Positions 20,279-30,651 of a stretch of DNA of 64,000 nt are shown here, in pieces. The notes beneath the pieces were generated by a model. The model was given only the letters and a program-made list of their open reading frames with translations. It did not search any database and was not told the origin of the DNA. The position numbers were made by a program, and so were the translations under genes. The stretch comes from an uncultured Planctomycetaceae bacterium (GTDB taxonomy: Bacteria > Planctomycetota > Planctomycetia > Planctomycetales > Planctomycetaceae): contig CAXBME010000011.1 in NCBI GenBank assembly GCA_963976765.1, positions 1-64,000 on the forward strand, read 5' to 3'. The stretch's first letter is position 1. The number at the start of each line of letters is the position of its first letter.

Positions 20279-20710
20279 TTATTCAGCATCGAATCGTTCA
20301 ATAAATGGTTCGGCACCGTCCCAGGTCAGTTCAAGCGTGAGTGAGCTGGTCGCTTCTGTCACCGTTACTTCAAGGCCCGAAGTCGCAGGATCCATATAAG
20401 ATTTCGGGGCATGCCATTTCTGTGACTGAGGGTCGAGTGTTTCGTTCGCAATGATCGCGACCTGGTGAGTCCCCGGCACACAACCATCGTCGGGTTCATA
20501 AGTCGTTAATTGAAACCGCCCATCGGAACCAATTTTTCCCGTTGCGGGTCGATCATTCGCTGGAATGACTTGAACAAAACCTTGTTCGAGCGGGACTCCG
20601 TCAATGGTGACCTGACCTGACACCGGGATTCGTTGAGTTCGCCCATCACCGCATCCAGCAGTGGTCATGAACAAGCAAGCTGTCAAAAGGAAAAGCATGC
20701 GTGAGTGCAT
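20279..20710 (-). CDS. planctomycete lipoprotein with carboxypeptidase-regulatory-like domain (DUF1559 partner)
   Basis: Lipobox TAGC, 'VSGQVTIDGVPL', 'DGRFQLTTYEPDDGCVPGTHQV', 'P..Y..PATSGL'. Confidence 0.82.
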   Translation of the reverse strand: MHSRMLFLLTACLFMTTAGCGDGRTQRIPVSGQVTIDGVPLEQGFVQVIPANDRPATGKIGSDGRFQLTTYEPDDGCVPGTHQVAIIANETLDPQSQKWHAPKSYMDPATSGLEVTVTEATSSLTLELTWDGAEPFIERFDAE

Positions 20711-20785
20711 TGCGAAGCGCCGTCAGAGAATGGTTTGATGGCCAGACTGCAGACGACAGCGTGGCGAAATATCGATCGAGAATAA

Positions 20786-21712
<927 letters not shown>

Positions 21713-21990
21713 TGTCGTTTTCCTGTAGCCGGAGTCTTTAGCCGAGAAGTCGCACCGTTGCCTGCAAGACCGTGATGATGAACGACCGACTACTCTACCG
21801 CTGCGTTCGCTGAAAAACCAACGATCAACACGACTCTCACTGACGTTATCCCAGCCTCCGCCAGCAATACGGTTAATGATTTTCGATCGTCAAATCCTGG
21901 CACAAAAACTCACAGCGCTGCGGCATAATGGCAGTTTTTTGTCAATAAACACTACGGTCTTATCAGGGGAGAAAACGCGTTCGCTCACAT

Positions 21991-23370
21991 TTACTGCTCA
22001 GTACGAACCGCGACGGTTTCGGAGGCTGGACCCGACTTCAGGCCGACCGTATTCACAGCAAAAATACGGTACGCATGGTTCTTACCGGGAGCGGCAGTTT
22101 GATCAGTAAATTGCATCGGCACGAGCGGTTGAGTGGGCGTGTCGCTGTATTGAAGGTTCTGAAAAATCGGTCGCCCGAATCGATTCTTCCCCTGCTCCGG
22201 AACGTTCGCCAGGAATTTGCCATCGCGTTCGATGATGAAATAAGCCAGTCCACTCTGGAGATCGGCTTCGGCAGACCAGCTCAACGTCTTTCCGTTACGC
22301 CGCAGATTTGACGGCGCAGGGGGAGCCGAGGTGTCAGGCACTGCCGTGTCCTTAACGTAGCTCATCCAGCTTTTTGCGACGGCTTTGCTCGGTAACCATC
22401 CGGCCTTCAGCGGATCGCCCTCGTACTTTGCAGCTGGTACGGCTTTGAACTCTGTTGGTCCCGCCAGCCAGACATCATCGGTCGGCATTGGCCTGAGAGG
22501 CTCGCCATTCACTTCCGGAAGCCGGACACTCAGGCAGTAGTCCAGCCAGGGAATCGCGAAGTAACGCTGATTACCACATTCATGAGCGGTCAGGGGATCG
22601 ACAGAAACACCGATCAGACCGCCTCGACCACGAACGTTGCCGAAGAAGGCTTCATTTGCAGGCCACACTTTTGCAAATCGACCGTCTTTTACGGTGACGC
22701 CTTCCTGCGTACCCGGATTGCACATCAGTGGAACGTTAAGCGCCGCCTCAGACAACTGGTGAGCCTTAATTTCCGAGCGTTCCGGATTCGGTTCCAACAA
22801 GGGCACGCCTGAGCGAAGCCACGCTGCCGCGACACGATCCGGATACAGCAACGCCATCCCGCCTGCCCAGTGTCCGCCGCCACTGTGTCCCCACAACGCC
22901 CAGGGGACTGTCGACAATTCCGGATGTCCCGACTTCACTCCGAGATCTTTCAGCCCCTTCTGAAACGCCGCGTCGGAACCGTTGCGAGGATCGCACCACA
23001 TCTGACAATCGGCGTTCTGCGGTTGCTCATACGACGGAGCCAGCAACGCACAGTTGTGCTGCTTCGCCAGCGCCTGCCAGTGCAGATCGAAGGCTCCGGT
23101 CAGGCCGGAACTGCACGACCCCTCGCCACAGCCATGCTGATGCACCACCACGCCGCGCAAGGTTTTGACGTTCTCAGGAATCCAGACGGTGTAGTTAACT
23201 GGAAAGATCAATTCGCCCGGCTGAGCCGACGCCTCATACCGCACGCGGTAATACGGTGGAGCTGCGTCCGGAAAAACGTCATATGGTTTATTCTGGGCGA
23301 ACAAAGCCGCGGGAATCACAAACAGCACAATCGCCGCTTGGCAAAGAGACAAAAGACTTCGTCGAGTCAT
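21991..23370 (-). CDS. secreted alpha/beta-hydrolase-fold protein with C-terminal FN3-like domain
   Basis: Signal peptide after MTRRS, GHSGG nucleophile elbow, C-terminal 'PAPSNL..LSW...YFIIERDG...[10 protein letters not shown]' FN3 pattern. ORF is open to 23466. Confidence 0.7.
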   Translation of the reverse strand: MTRRSLLSLCQAAIVLFVIPAALFAQNKPYDVFPDAAPPYYRVRYEASAQPGELIFPVNYTVWIPENVKTLRGVVVHQHGCGEGSCSSGLTGAFDLHWQALAKQHNCALLAPSYEQPQNADCQMWCDPRNGSDAAFQKGLKDLGVKSGHPELSTVPWALWGHSGGGHWAGGMALLYPDRVAAAWLRSGVPLLEPNPERSEIKAHQLSEAALNVPLMCNPGTQEGVTVKDGRFAKVWPANEAFFGNVRGRGGLIGVSVDPLTAHECGNQRYFAIPWLDYCLSVRLPEVNGEPLRPMPTDDVWLAGPTEFKAVPAAKYEGDPLKAGWLPSKAVAKSWMSYVKDTAVPDTSAPPAPSNLRRNGKTLSWSAEADLQSGLAYFIIERDGKFLANVPEQGKNRFGRPIFQNLQYSDTPTQPLVPMQFTDQTAAPGKNHAYRIFAVNTVGLKSGPASETVAVRTEQ

Positions 23371-23501
23371 GGCTTCCGGTCCTGCTGGAGAGTCTGGATG
23401 CAACGAGCACCTCGCGGCTTCAGCGCGACGAGAACTCGGTCTGCAATGATTGCGTGAAGCAAGCATTCTCGCAAACCCGGCAGCTGCAGGCGACCGTCTG
23501 A

Positions 23502-24251
23502 TCAGGAACGTGGCGGACGCCGACCACCAGGGCCGCGGCCAGGACCACCTTGGAATTCCGGCTTGCCGATGCCACCTTTGATCGCATCGTCGTGAGCATC
23601 CTCGACAGTCACGCCGAGCACGACGTCAAAGCTGGCAGCCAATTCTCCGATCTTCGAATCGGGAATCTTTCTGAAATCCGCCAGCACAGTTTGTCGAGCC
23701 GCTTCGTCGCGGATGTTTCGGAACAGGCCGTCCCGTTTGTTCTGCTTTTCACCTTTAACCAGAATCTGAGTCGTGAAGACTCGCTTTCCGTTCTGGCTGA
23801 CGGCCAGATGAATGTGCGGCGTTCGTCCCGGATAGGCCACAGGTTTGATCGTACGGAAGTAATAGTGGCCCTTCACGTCGGTCAGAAACCGACCGTAGCC
23901 CTGAAAGTTCGAATCCCGCTTGTCAGCGTTGCTCGTTCCCGAATGCAGGTAAGCCCCGTTGTTGTCGACCTGCCAGATCTCGACGAAAGCATTCCGCAAC
24001 GGCTCACCACTCTGACTCAGGACTCGACCGGACAAGTGAGTGATCTCACCCACCGCCGGAGTGATCGCATCGTTGATCAGCAGAAGGTCGTTGTCCGTGT
24101 CGAGAGGCATCCTGTCTGGATAAAACGGCCCTTCCCCAATCGACGCCGTCCGAGCCAGCTCTTCCGCAAACAAGCCAGGAGTCACAAACAGCCCAGCCGC
24201 ACCGGCTGAATAACCCAGAAACTGACGACGGGAAAATGAAAGATCGAGCAT
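23502..24251 (-). CDS. Tat-exported intradiol ring-cleavage dioxygenase family protein
   Basis: SRRQFL signal, 'EGPFY', '[12 protein letters not shown]', '[15 protein letters not shown]'. Confidence 0.88.
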   Translation of the reverse strand: MLDLSFSRRQFLGYSAGAAGLFVTPGLFAEELARTASIGEGPFYPDRMPLDTDNDLLLINDAITPAVGEITHLSGRVLSQSGEPLRNAFVEIWQVDNNGAYLHSGTSNADKRDSNFQGYGRFLTDVKGHYYFRTIKPVAYPGRTPHIHLAVSQNGKRVFTTQILVKGEKQNKRDGLFRNIRDEAARQTVLADFRKIPDSKIGELAASFDVVLGVTVEDAHDDAIKGGIGKPEFQGGPGRGPGGRRPPRS

Positions 24252-24374
24252 TCGAAAAGTCCTTCATGCAGAAAGAAGCAGGCCTATTAAGCCCTGTACC
24301 GAAACGGTGCCGAACTAATCCACCGGCGTCAGGGGGTTGTGCCCTGTCACGAACAGTCACAGCCTGCACCACGG

Positions 24375-25256
24375 TTAACTGATCGGTGCGATGTAGTACC
24401 GTCGTGAAATCCCCTCGATGTCGTGGTAGTAGTAAAAACTGTCGGGGTCAGCCCGTTCAACAGCTTCGATTATCTGGGGCAATTCTTCGTGGGTAATGAT
24501 CGTACGAACGATTGAGAACGGCTCATTAGTGCGACCTCCGATCCCCTGATGAGCCGTGTAGGTCCGATGCGAGGAAGATACGGTAATCGCGCTGCCGACC
24601 TCGCCTTGTTTACGAGTGACGATCGCCAGCATTGTGATCTTGAACTTGCGATAAAGATTATTCAGCGTCTCTGCGGATGCGAAGATATAAATCGACGTGT
24701 ACATCAGCGTGTTCACGACGGCTTCAAAATCTCCGTTCTTCGCAAAATCCAGAATGAGGCCGAAAGCTGTTGAGCCAACGCCTGCAATAATGGCGACCGA
24801 CCCCACAGGTTTGAGGTATTTCGTCGCGATATAGGCGCCCACAACGTCTTCATCACCGGTGGAACCGCGATGCGTAAAGGCCAGTGCTTTGGCGACTCCT
24901 GAAAGAATGCCACCGAAAAGGACCAGAATAATTCGCTCGTTCTGTGGCTCGGGTTGAGCGAATTGCAATTGGGGCAAAACGGCAAGAGCAACTACGACCG
25001 TGCCAACGACGACAAGTGACCGGAGTGCAAAAACGCGGCCGACCCGTGCAAAAGCAAAGGCCAGCAACGCTGATTGGAATATCAGATAAAGGCCGATAAA
25101 CAGCCAGTAACTCTCGAAGTAATAGGACAGCGCCGTCGCGATTCCTTCGGTGCCGGTCAAAATCACTTTGGAAGGCAAAACGAAATATTTCAGAGCGATC
25201 GCGTAAAGGATTCCCGCGACAAAAACCAGACCGTAATCAATCGATCGTTGCCGCAC
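24375..25256 (-). CDS. YitT family membrane protein (C-terminal DUF2179-like domain)
   Basis: TM pattern, 'GSTGDEDVVG' motif, C-terminal 'TYT...GIGGRT...TIITHEEL...V...DPDSF'. GTG start at 25256 with GAAGGAG 5 nt upstream. Confidence 0.8.
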   Translation of the reverse strand: MRQRSIDYGLVFVAGILYAIALKYFVLPSKVILTGTEGIATALSYYFESYWLFIGLYLIFQSALLAFAFARVGRVFALRSLVVVGTVVVALAVLPQLQFAQPEPQNERIILVLFGGILSGVAKALAFTHRGSTGDEDVVGAYIATKYLKPVGSVAIIAGVGSTAFGLILDFAKNGDFEAVVNTLMYTSIYIFASAETLNNLYRKFKITMLAIVTRKQGEVGSAITVSSSHRTYTAHQGIGGRTNEPFSIVRTIITHEELPQIIEAVERADPDSFYYYHDIEGISRRYYIAPIS

Positions 25257-25274
25257 GTTCGCTCCTTCAAACTC

Positions 25275-25296
25275 GTAGGGTGCGTCTTGCCGCACC
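25275..25296 (+). repeat. single REP (GTAG family), one mismatch in the stem
   Basis: GTAGGGTGCGTCTTGCCGCACC, 7 nt beyond the RAYT stop codon. Confidence 0.88.
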
Positions 25297-25303
25297 AATC
25301 AAA

Positions 25304-25851
25304 CTATTCAGCGTCTTCGAATTCGTCACCGAACCAAAGATCGGCGATGTCCCAGTCTGAATCGTACTCGCCGAGCCACACATAGCGATGAAACGAGGAC
25401 CACGGCCAGGTCCGGAGACGATCAACCAGTTGATGCTTCAACGGATTTACGTGAACGTAGTCAACGCATCGTTTCAAATCGGCATCACCCTTGACTTTGT
25501 GTTCGAAGAAACGACGTTGCCAGATCCCTGCTCGCCTCTCTTTTCGCAGCGACTCGACAACGCGCCGCCTGTTCCACCGCTCGCCAGCCAAGCCCGAGTG
25601 AAACTGGATTTAATCTGTCTCCAACGCGTTGAGTAGTCGGAATCACCACTCGGCAACATCCAGACCGTATGGAGATGGTCTGGCAAGAGCACAATCGCCG
25701 TAATCTGAAACGGTCGATCCTTTCGAGTTTCAAAAATCGCCGCTCGAAGAAATTCACGCCCTCTCTCGGTGGTAAGGATCGACCGACGCTCATGAGTGAC
25801 AACGATGAAGAAGAACGTTCGACCTTCTTTCGATCGCCGATAGTCACTCAC
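25304..25851 (-). pseudogene. REP-associated tyrosine transposase (RAYT/TnpA-REP, HUH Y1 family), split by a frameshift
   Basis: 5' frame: '[16 protein letters not shown]', HUH motif 'LPDHLH', '[11 protein letters not shown]'. 3' frame: 'IWQRRFFEH', catalytic Tyr 'DYVHVNPLKH', 'WPWSSFHR'. Frames switch within about 25525-25590. Flanked by REPs. Confidence 0.9.
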
Positions 25852-25886
25852 GCGCAGCCTCCGTTAGTGGTCACCTCGTCGTAGCC

Positions 25887-25972
25887 GTAGGGTGCGTCTC
25901 GACGCACCAGTAAAAAGCAACGTTTCAATTTGAATCGTGAACCAAACGATGGTGCGTCAAGACGCACCCTAC
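25887..25972. repeat. REP doublet (REPIN) 1: inverted pair of 22-bp REPs, 42-bp spacer
   Basis: GTAGGGTGCGTCTCGACGCACC (25887-25908) and GGTGCGTCAAGACGCACCCTAC (25951-25972). Confidence 0.93.
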
Positions 25973-26002
25973 GGCGCTGAACCACACAGACAACCGACAA
26001 GT

Positions 26003-26629
26003 TCAGTCACGATTGGGAAGTAAATGAGGAGCCTGTTTGCTTAACGCTCGGACAAATTCTCCCAAATCCGACATTGCATAACAGCGACGAATGTATCGCC
26101 ACTCAATCGTTCGTCCGTCGGTCAAGGTAAAGGAAAGAGAATCTTCCCGCATCGCGTCTTTGCTCATCCGGTCGTTGCCGTGCCGTATCTTCCGTGACTC
26201 CTGGAAGTTGACCATCGTGGGAAGATTCTTTTCAAGGAAAGACCTATCGACACCCATCCAGAAGGTTTCGATTTCGTCGAACCGAACCGTGGAATTGCCA
26301 AATCGCATCCCAAGTTCGTGCACAGCCAGACGCTTTCGTGCATGTTTCTTCTGGCAGAAGACAGAGAAACTCCCGAAGATCAATGCAAGTACAACTACGC
26401 CGCCGAACAATGTCACTTGGACAATCAAGTCCTTGGGCACTCCGACAAACTTCGCAGCGAATCCAGCAATTAGAAATCCACCGGGGAGAAGCAGTATCAG
26501 GAGGGGTGTCACCCACCACGGCATCGGAAGGCCGCCTTCAACTTTCCCCAACGGCAACGGATTCCAGGAATTGATGACCGCTCCGAGGTTCGTTTCGAAC
26601 GCCGCATCGTGAGATTGGGGATACGTCAC
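26003..26629 (-). CDS. orphan two-TM membrane protein with soluble C-terminal domain
   Basis: 208-aa ORF with two hydrophobic helices, GAAGGGG upstream of the GTG start, located between two REPINs. Confidence 0.65.
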   Translation of the reverse strand: MTYPQSHDAAFETNLGAVINSWNPLPLGKVEGGLPMPWWVTPLLILLLPGGFLIAGFAAKFVGVPKDLIVQVTLFGGVVVLALIFGSFSVFCQKKHARKRLAVHELGMRFGNSTVRFDEIETFWMGVDRSFLEKNLPTMVNFQESRKIRHGNDRMSKDAMREDSLSFTLTDGRTIEWRYIRRCYAMSDLGEFVRALSKQAPHLLPNRD

Positions 26630-26704
26630 TATTCAGCCCCTTCCGTGCCGGACGAAAACACTCTGAATGTACCACGAGAGGAACTTCTTGCTCGCCTCAG
26701 TGAG

Positions 26705-26765
26705 GTAGGGTGCGTCTTGACGCACCATTTCAAAACTCGGTGTGGTGCGTCGAGACGCACCCTAC
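26705..26765. repeat. REP doublet (REPIN) 2: inverted pair of 22-bp REPs, 17-bp spacer
   Basis: GTAGGGTGCGTCTTGACGCACC (26705-26726) and GGTGCGTCGAGACGCACCCTAC (26744-26765), 4 nt after the glyA stop. Confidence 0.93.
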
Positions 26766-26769
26766 GGAA

Positions 26770-28011
26770 TTAAGCGACGCCGGGGACGGTGAAGGCTTTG
26801 GCGAAGTCGCGGACTTCTTCTCGGACCTGGTTGACGATGTCGTGGTTGTCGGCGTTGCGGAGGACTTCGAGAATCCAGTCGCCGATCTTCCGCATTTCGT
26901 CTTCTTTCATGCCTCGCGTTGTCAGCGCGGCGGTGCCGATGCGGATGCCGCTGGGGTCGAACGGGGAGCGCTGGTCGAAGGGGATCATGTTTTTGTTGAC
27001 GGTGATGCCCGCTCGGTCGAGTGCCTGTTCGGCGATCTTGCCGGTCAGGTCGATCTTTGTGACGTCGCACAGCATCAGATGGTTGTCCGTGCCGCCGGAG
27101 GAGATTGAGACTCCGCCCTTCATCAACGACTCGGCCAGCGTCTTTGCGTTGGCGACGACCTGCTGGGCGTAGACTTTGAAGTCTGGCTTGAGGGCTTCTC
27201 CAAAACAGATCGCCTTGGCAGCGACGACGTGGCACAGCGGGCCACCCTGCATGCCTGGGAAGACGGTCTTGTCGATGCCTTTAGCGTGTTCTTCCTTACA
27301 GAGAACAAAGCCGGACCGTGGGCCTCGCAGTGTCTTGTGCGAGGTCGACGTGACAAAGTCGGCACATTCAACCGGGTTGTTGTGAACTCCGCCTGCAACC
27401 AGGCCGGCATAGTGAGCCATGTCGACCATGAACAACGCGCCGACTTCTTTGGCGATCTCGGCAAACTTACCGTGGTCGATTTCGCGCGGATAAGCGCTGG
27501 CTCCAGCGACGATGAGCTTCGGCTTGTGCTCGCGAGCCAGCGCCGCGACGTTGTCAAAGTCGATCTGATGGTTGTCTTCGCGGACGCCGTAGGGAACGGC
27601 GTTGTAGATTTTGCCGGAGAAGTTGACCTTCGATCCGTGAGTGAGGTGCCCGCCGTGGTCGAGGCTCATCGCCAGGTACGTGTCGCCAGGATTCAGCACG
27701 GTCAGGTAGACCGACATGTTGGCCTGCGAGCCGGCGTGCGGCTGGACGTTGGCGTGGTCGGCTCCGAAGAGTTCACAGGCCCGGTCACGAGCGATGGACT
27801 CGATGACGTCGACGTTTTCGCAGCCGCCGTAGTATCGCTTTTCCGGGTAGCCTTCGGCGTATTTGTTGGTCAGGCAGGTGCCGGCTGCTTCCATAACAGC
27901 AGCGCTGGTGTAATTCTCAGACGCAATCAGCTCGAGGCCTTCTTTCTGACGGGTCTCTTCGGACTGAATGGCGGCCCAGATATCGGGATCAGCTTGCTGC
28001 AGAATGCTCAT
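26770..28011 (-). CDS. glyA: serine hydroxymethyltransferase
   Basis: 'LELIASENY', '[14 protein letters not shown]', 'HGGHLTHG', PLP lysine motif '[12 protein letters not shown]', 'GGTDNHL', 'SGIRIGT'. Confidence 0.98.
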   Translation of the reverse strand: MSILQQADPDIWAAIQSEETRQKEGLELIASENYTSAAVMEAAGTCLTNKYAEGYPEKRYYGGCENVDVIESIARDRACELFGADHANVQPHAGSQANMSVYLTVLNPGDTYLAMSLDHGGHLTHGSKVNFSGKIYNAVPYGVREDNHQIDFDNVAALAREHKPKLIVAGASAYPREIDHGKFAEIAKEVGALFMVDMAHYAGLVAGGVHNNPVECADFVTSTSHKTLRGPRSGFVLCKEEHAKGIDKTVFPGMQGGPLCHVVAAKAICFGEALKPDFKVYAQQVVANAKTLAESLMKGGVSISSGGTDNHLMLCDVTKIDLTGKIAEQALDRAGITVNKNMIPFDQRSPFDPSGIRIGTAALTTRGMKEDEMRKIGDWILEVLRNADNHDIVNQVREEVRDFAKAFTVPGVA

Positions 28012-28153
28012 GATTTCACTGTCTTTTTGCGTTAAAGAGTGGGTTGCCTGGTGAGTGGCACGACGGCGGCCTTATAGTCCCTGATTGTGTGAAAAACCAC
28101 TGTCCTGCGTTCAGTCAGGTTGTGACGCAACTCTAAAGTTTTTCATTGCTGGG

Positions 28154-28255
28154 AACGCGGGAGAGAGACGCGGAGATCGCGGAGACAGTTTTTGAATAAT
28201 CAGAAACGCTCTTTGATTTTCTCAGCGTTTTTTCTTAGCGACCTCTGCGATCTTT
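28154..28255. repeat. degenerate tandem-unit palindrome (CGCGGAGA units)
   Basis: Left arm has three CGCGG(G)AGA units. The right arm has CTCAGCG/CTTAGCG/CTCTGCG units. AGATCGCGGAG can pair with CTCTGCGATCT. Confidence 0.55.
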
Positions 28256-28286
28256 ACCTTCTTCAGAGCTGAGGAGCAGTCAGACT

Positions 28287-29564
28287 TTGACGCCAGCAGA
28301 ACTCATCGCCCGCAAACGTGACGGCCACGCTCTGTCGCGCGACGAGATCGCGTTCGTCATCCGCGGATTCGTAGACGGCAGCATTCCCGAATACCAGATG
28401 TCCGCCCTGGCGATGGCCATCTTTTTCCAGGGAATGGAGGATGAAGAAACCGCTGCGCTGACTCAGGAAATGCTGCTGTCAGGCGTGCGTCTGAAATGGT
28501 CAGCCGGTCCGCCGGTTGTGGACAAACACTCCACAGGCGGAGTCGGCGACAAAGTTTCGCTCGTACTGGCTCCGCTGCTGGCTTCGTGCGGGTTGCGAGT
28601 GCCCATGATTTCCGGACGAGGCCTCGGTCCGACGGGCGGAACGCTCGATAAACTGGAATCGATTCCCGGCTTTCGTACAGATCTTTCGATTTCGGAAATG
28701 CAGGACATCGTCGAGAGAGTCGGTTGCGTGATCACCGGCGCGACTGAAAATCTCGTTCCGGCCGACCGCAAGCTGTACGCACTGCGAGACGTCACGGCGA
28801 CGGTCCCGTCGATTCCACTCATCACGGCCAGCATTATGAGTAAGAAACTGGCCGAGTCGCTGAACTCGCTGGTTCTGGACGTCAAATGCGGCAGCGGAGC
28901 GTTCATGAAAACCCGTAATCAGGCCGTTCAACTGGCTGATTCAATGGTCCGTGCCGGCAAGCAAATGGGAGTTCGTACGACCGCCCTGGTCACTGACATG
29001 AACCAGCCGCTGGGCCGAATGTGCGGCAACGCCGTCGAGCTGAATGAAACGCTGGACTGTCTGGCGGGAGAAGGCCCGGACGATTTGCGATATGTGACGC
29101 TGGCTCTGGGAGCCGAATTGCTGGTTTCCGCCGAGCGATGCGCCGATCAGAAGGAAGCTGAAGCGCTACTGGTCGACCGGCTGGATTCCGGAGCCGCTCG
29201 CGAAGTCTTCGATCAGATGGTCATCGCGCAGGGCGGTGATCTGAAGACCGGATACCACGTCGCAGGCGAACAATTCGTACTTGCTGAGCGGTCGGGATTC
29301 GTCACAAAAATGGACACCGAGGCGCTCGGCATGACCGTTATCGATCTCGGCGGCGGACGACGTCGGATGGGCGATCTGGTCGACCATTCGGTGGGACTCG
29401 AAATGCGAGCGAAGATCGGGGACGAGGTGTCGGCTGGTGAACCACTCGCTCGCGTCTTTGCCGATCGGCAGGTTCCTGCAATCATTTCCCGAATCTCCGG
29501 AGCGATTACGATCAGCGATTCCCAGGGCGAGTGGCCCGAATTCATCGTCGAACGCGTCCGATGA
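28287..29564 (+). CDS. thymidine/pyrimidine-nucleoside phosphorylase (DeoA/Pdp family)
   Basis: 'DKHSTGGVGDK', 'SGRGLGPTGGTLDKLESIPGF', 'LYALRDVTATV', 'SIMSKKLA', 'LDVKCGSGAFMK'. Confidence 0.95.
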   Translation: MTPAELIARKRDGHALSRDEIAFVIRGFVDGSIPEYQMSALAMAIFFQGMEDEETAALTQEMLLSGVRLKWSAGPPVVDKHSTGGVGDKVSLVLAPLLASCGLRVPMISGRGLGPTGGTLDKLESIPGFRTDLSISEMQDIVERVGCVITGATENLVPADRKLYALRDVTATVPSIPLITASIMSKKLAESLNSLVLDVKCGSGAFMKTRNQAVQLADSMVRAGKQMGVRTTALVTDMNQPLGRMCGNAVELNETLDCLAGEGPDDLRYVTLALGAELLVSAERCADQKEAEALLVDRLDSGAAREVFDQMVIAQGGDLKTGYHVAGEQFVLAERSGFVTKMDTEALGMTVIDLGGGRRRMGDLVDHSVGLEMRAKIGDEVSAGEPLARVFADRQVPAIISRISGAITISDSQGEWPEFIVERVR

Positions 29565-29653
29565 TTGCCGTGTCCAGGTCGACGGTTGACCCTCAGCACT
29601 CTCAATCAATAAAAGGCGTTTAAGCAAGAAACGAGATTACATGCAGAATTTTG

Positions 29654-29725
29654 AACCACGGAAGACACGGAATTACACGGGAAGATTGCTGCTGTCTTCC
29701 GTGTTTTTCCGTTTCTTCCGTGGTT
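29654..29725. repeat. tandem-unit palindrome (CACGGAA units)
   Basis: AACCACGGAAGA-CACGGAATTA-CACGGGAAGA ... TCTTCCGTG-TTTTTCCGT-TTCTTCCGTGGTT. The outer 12 bp are a perfect inverted repeat. Confidence 0.8.
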
Positions 29726-29781
29726 GATTTCATAGGTGCATTCCGTCAGGCAGAGCCTGACCTACGACAAGGTTTTTGAAG

Positions 29782-30573
29782 ATGGCTCGCCTCACACAGG
29801 CAGATCTCGTCGATCTGAATCATACTTTCGAACAACGCACACCGCAGGAACTTCTGCAGTGGGCCAAGCAGACCTTCGGCGACCGGGTGGCATCCATCTC
29901 TGCGATGCAGATGTCAGGTACCGTCGTCTGCCACATGATCAAGTCCAGCGGGGCCGATATTCCGACACTGTTTGTCGACACGGGGGTCATGTTTCAGGAG
30001 ACGCTGGACACTCGCGACCGAATCATCAACGAGTACGGTTTGAACGTCATCACGCTGCGTCCGGAGCTGACAATGGAAGAGCAGACCGAGAAATTCGGCG
30101 TGCTCTACCTGACGTCGGAAGGTCAGGAGCAGTGCTGCCACGCTCGCAAGGTTGAGCCACTGCGAAAAGTCGCCGGCGACTACGACGCCTTCATCGGCAG
30201 CCTCCGACGCAGCGATGGTGGCAAGCGAGCCGTCTGCCCGATCCTCTCGGTCGACGTCGAAACAAACACCGTCCGCATCAACCCACTGGCCGAGTTCGAC
30301 GACGAACACCTGGAAGCCTACATCAAAGAACACAACGTGATCGTCAACCCGCTGCACTCGCAGGGTTTCACAACAATTGGCTGCAACCGCTGCACGACGC
30401 CGGTCCTGCCGAGCGAACCCAAACGAGCTGGCCGCTGGCGACATCTCGGGCCGTGGTCCGTTTACTGCGGCATCAACCCGTCGGATCGCGACCCAACCCA
30501 CTCGCCAGCCATCGACCTCCCGCAGGAACTCGTCGACCGTATCCTCGGCCGCATGACGGATTACATGATCTGA
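29782..30573 (+). CDS. cysH: adenylyl-sulfate/phosphoadenylyl-sulfate reductase (CysH family, Fe-S APS-reductase type)
   Basis: '[11 protein letters not shown]', CC motif ([11 protein letters not shown]), '[17 protein letters not shown]', 'RAGRW'. Confidence 0.88.
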   Translation: MARLTQADLVDLNHTFEQRTPQELLQWAKQTFGDRVASISAMQMSGTVVCHMIKSSGADIPTLFVDTGVMFQETLDTRDRIINEYGLNVITLRPELTMEEQTEKFGVLYLTSEGQEQCCHARKVEPLRKVAGDYDAFIGSLRRSDGGKRAVCPILSVDVETNTVRINPLAEFDDEHLEAYIKEHNVIVNPLHSQGFTTIGCNRCTTPVLPSEPKRAGRWRHLGPWSVYCGINPSDRDPTHSPAIDLPQELVDRILGRMTDYMI

Positions 30574-30651
30574 CCGTACGGTGGGCACCGCCCGCCGACA
30601 AGTATTCAATTATGGTGGACAGTGCCCGCCATACAGATGACGGAACCACGA

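Noticed and set aside
25257..25298. Longer YitT N-terminus from the ORF track (start 25298)
   Set aside because: It translates through the REP. GTG 25256 has a well-spaced ribosome-binding site.
25275..26765. Five near-identical 22-bp palindromic repeats read as a CRISPR array
   Set aside because: Orientations alternate, spacing is irregular and there are no cas genes. The GTAG tag and adjacent HUH transposase identify them as REPs.
26710..27108. 132-aa + strand ORF starting inside REPIN 2
   Set aside because: Antisense shadow of glyA with a REP-derived N-terminus.
28012..28140. ZTP (pfl) or other riboswitch upstream of glyA
   Set aside because: The conserved GACTGGCG and GCCGNNCGCCTGGGC elements are not matched, and a TATAAG promoter-like box about 60 nt from the start leaves little room.
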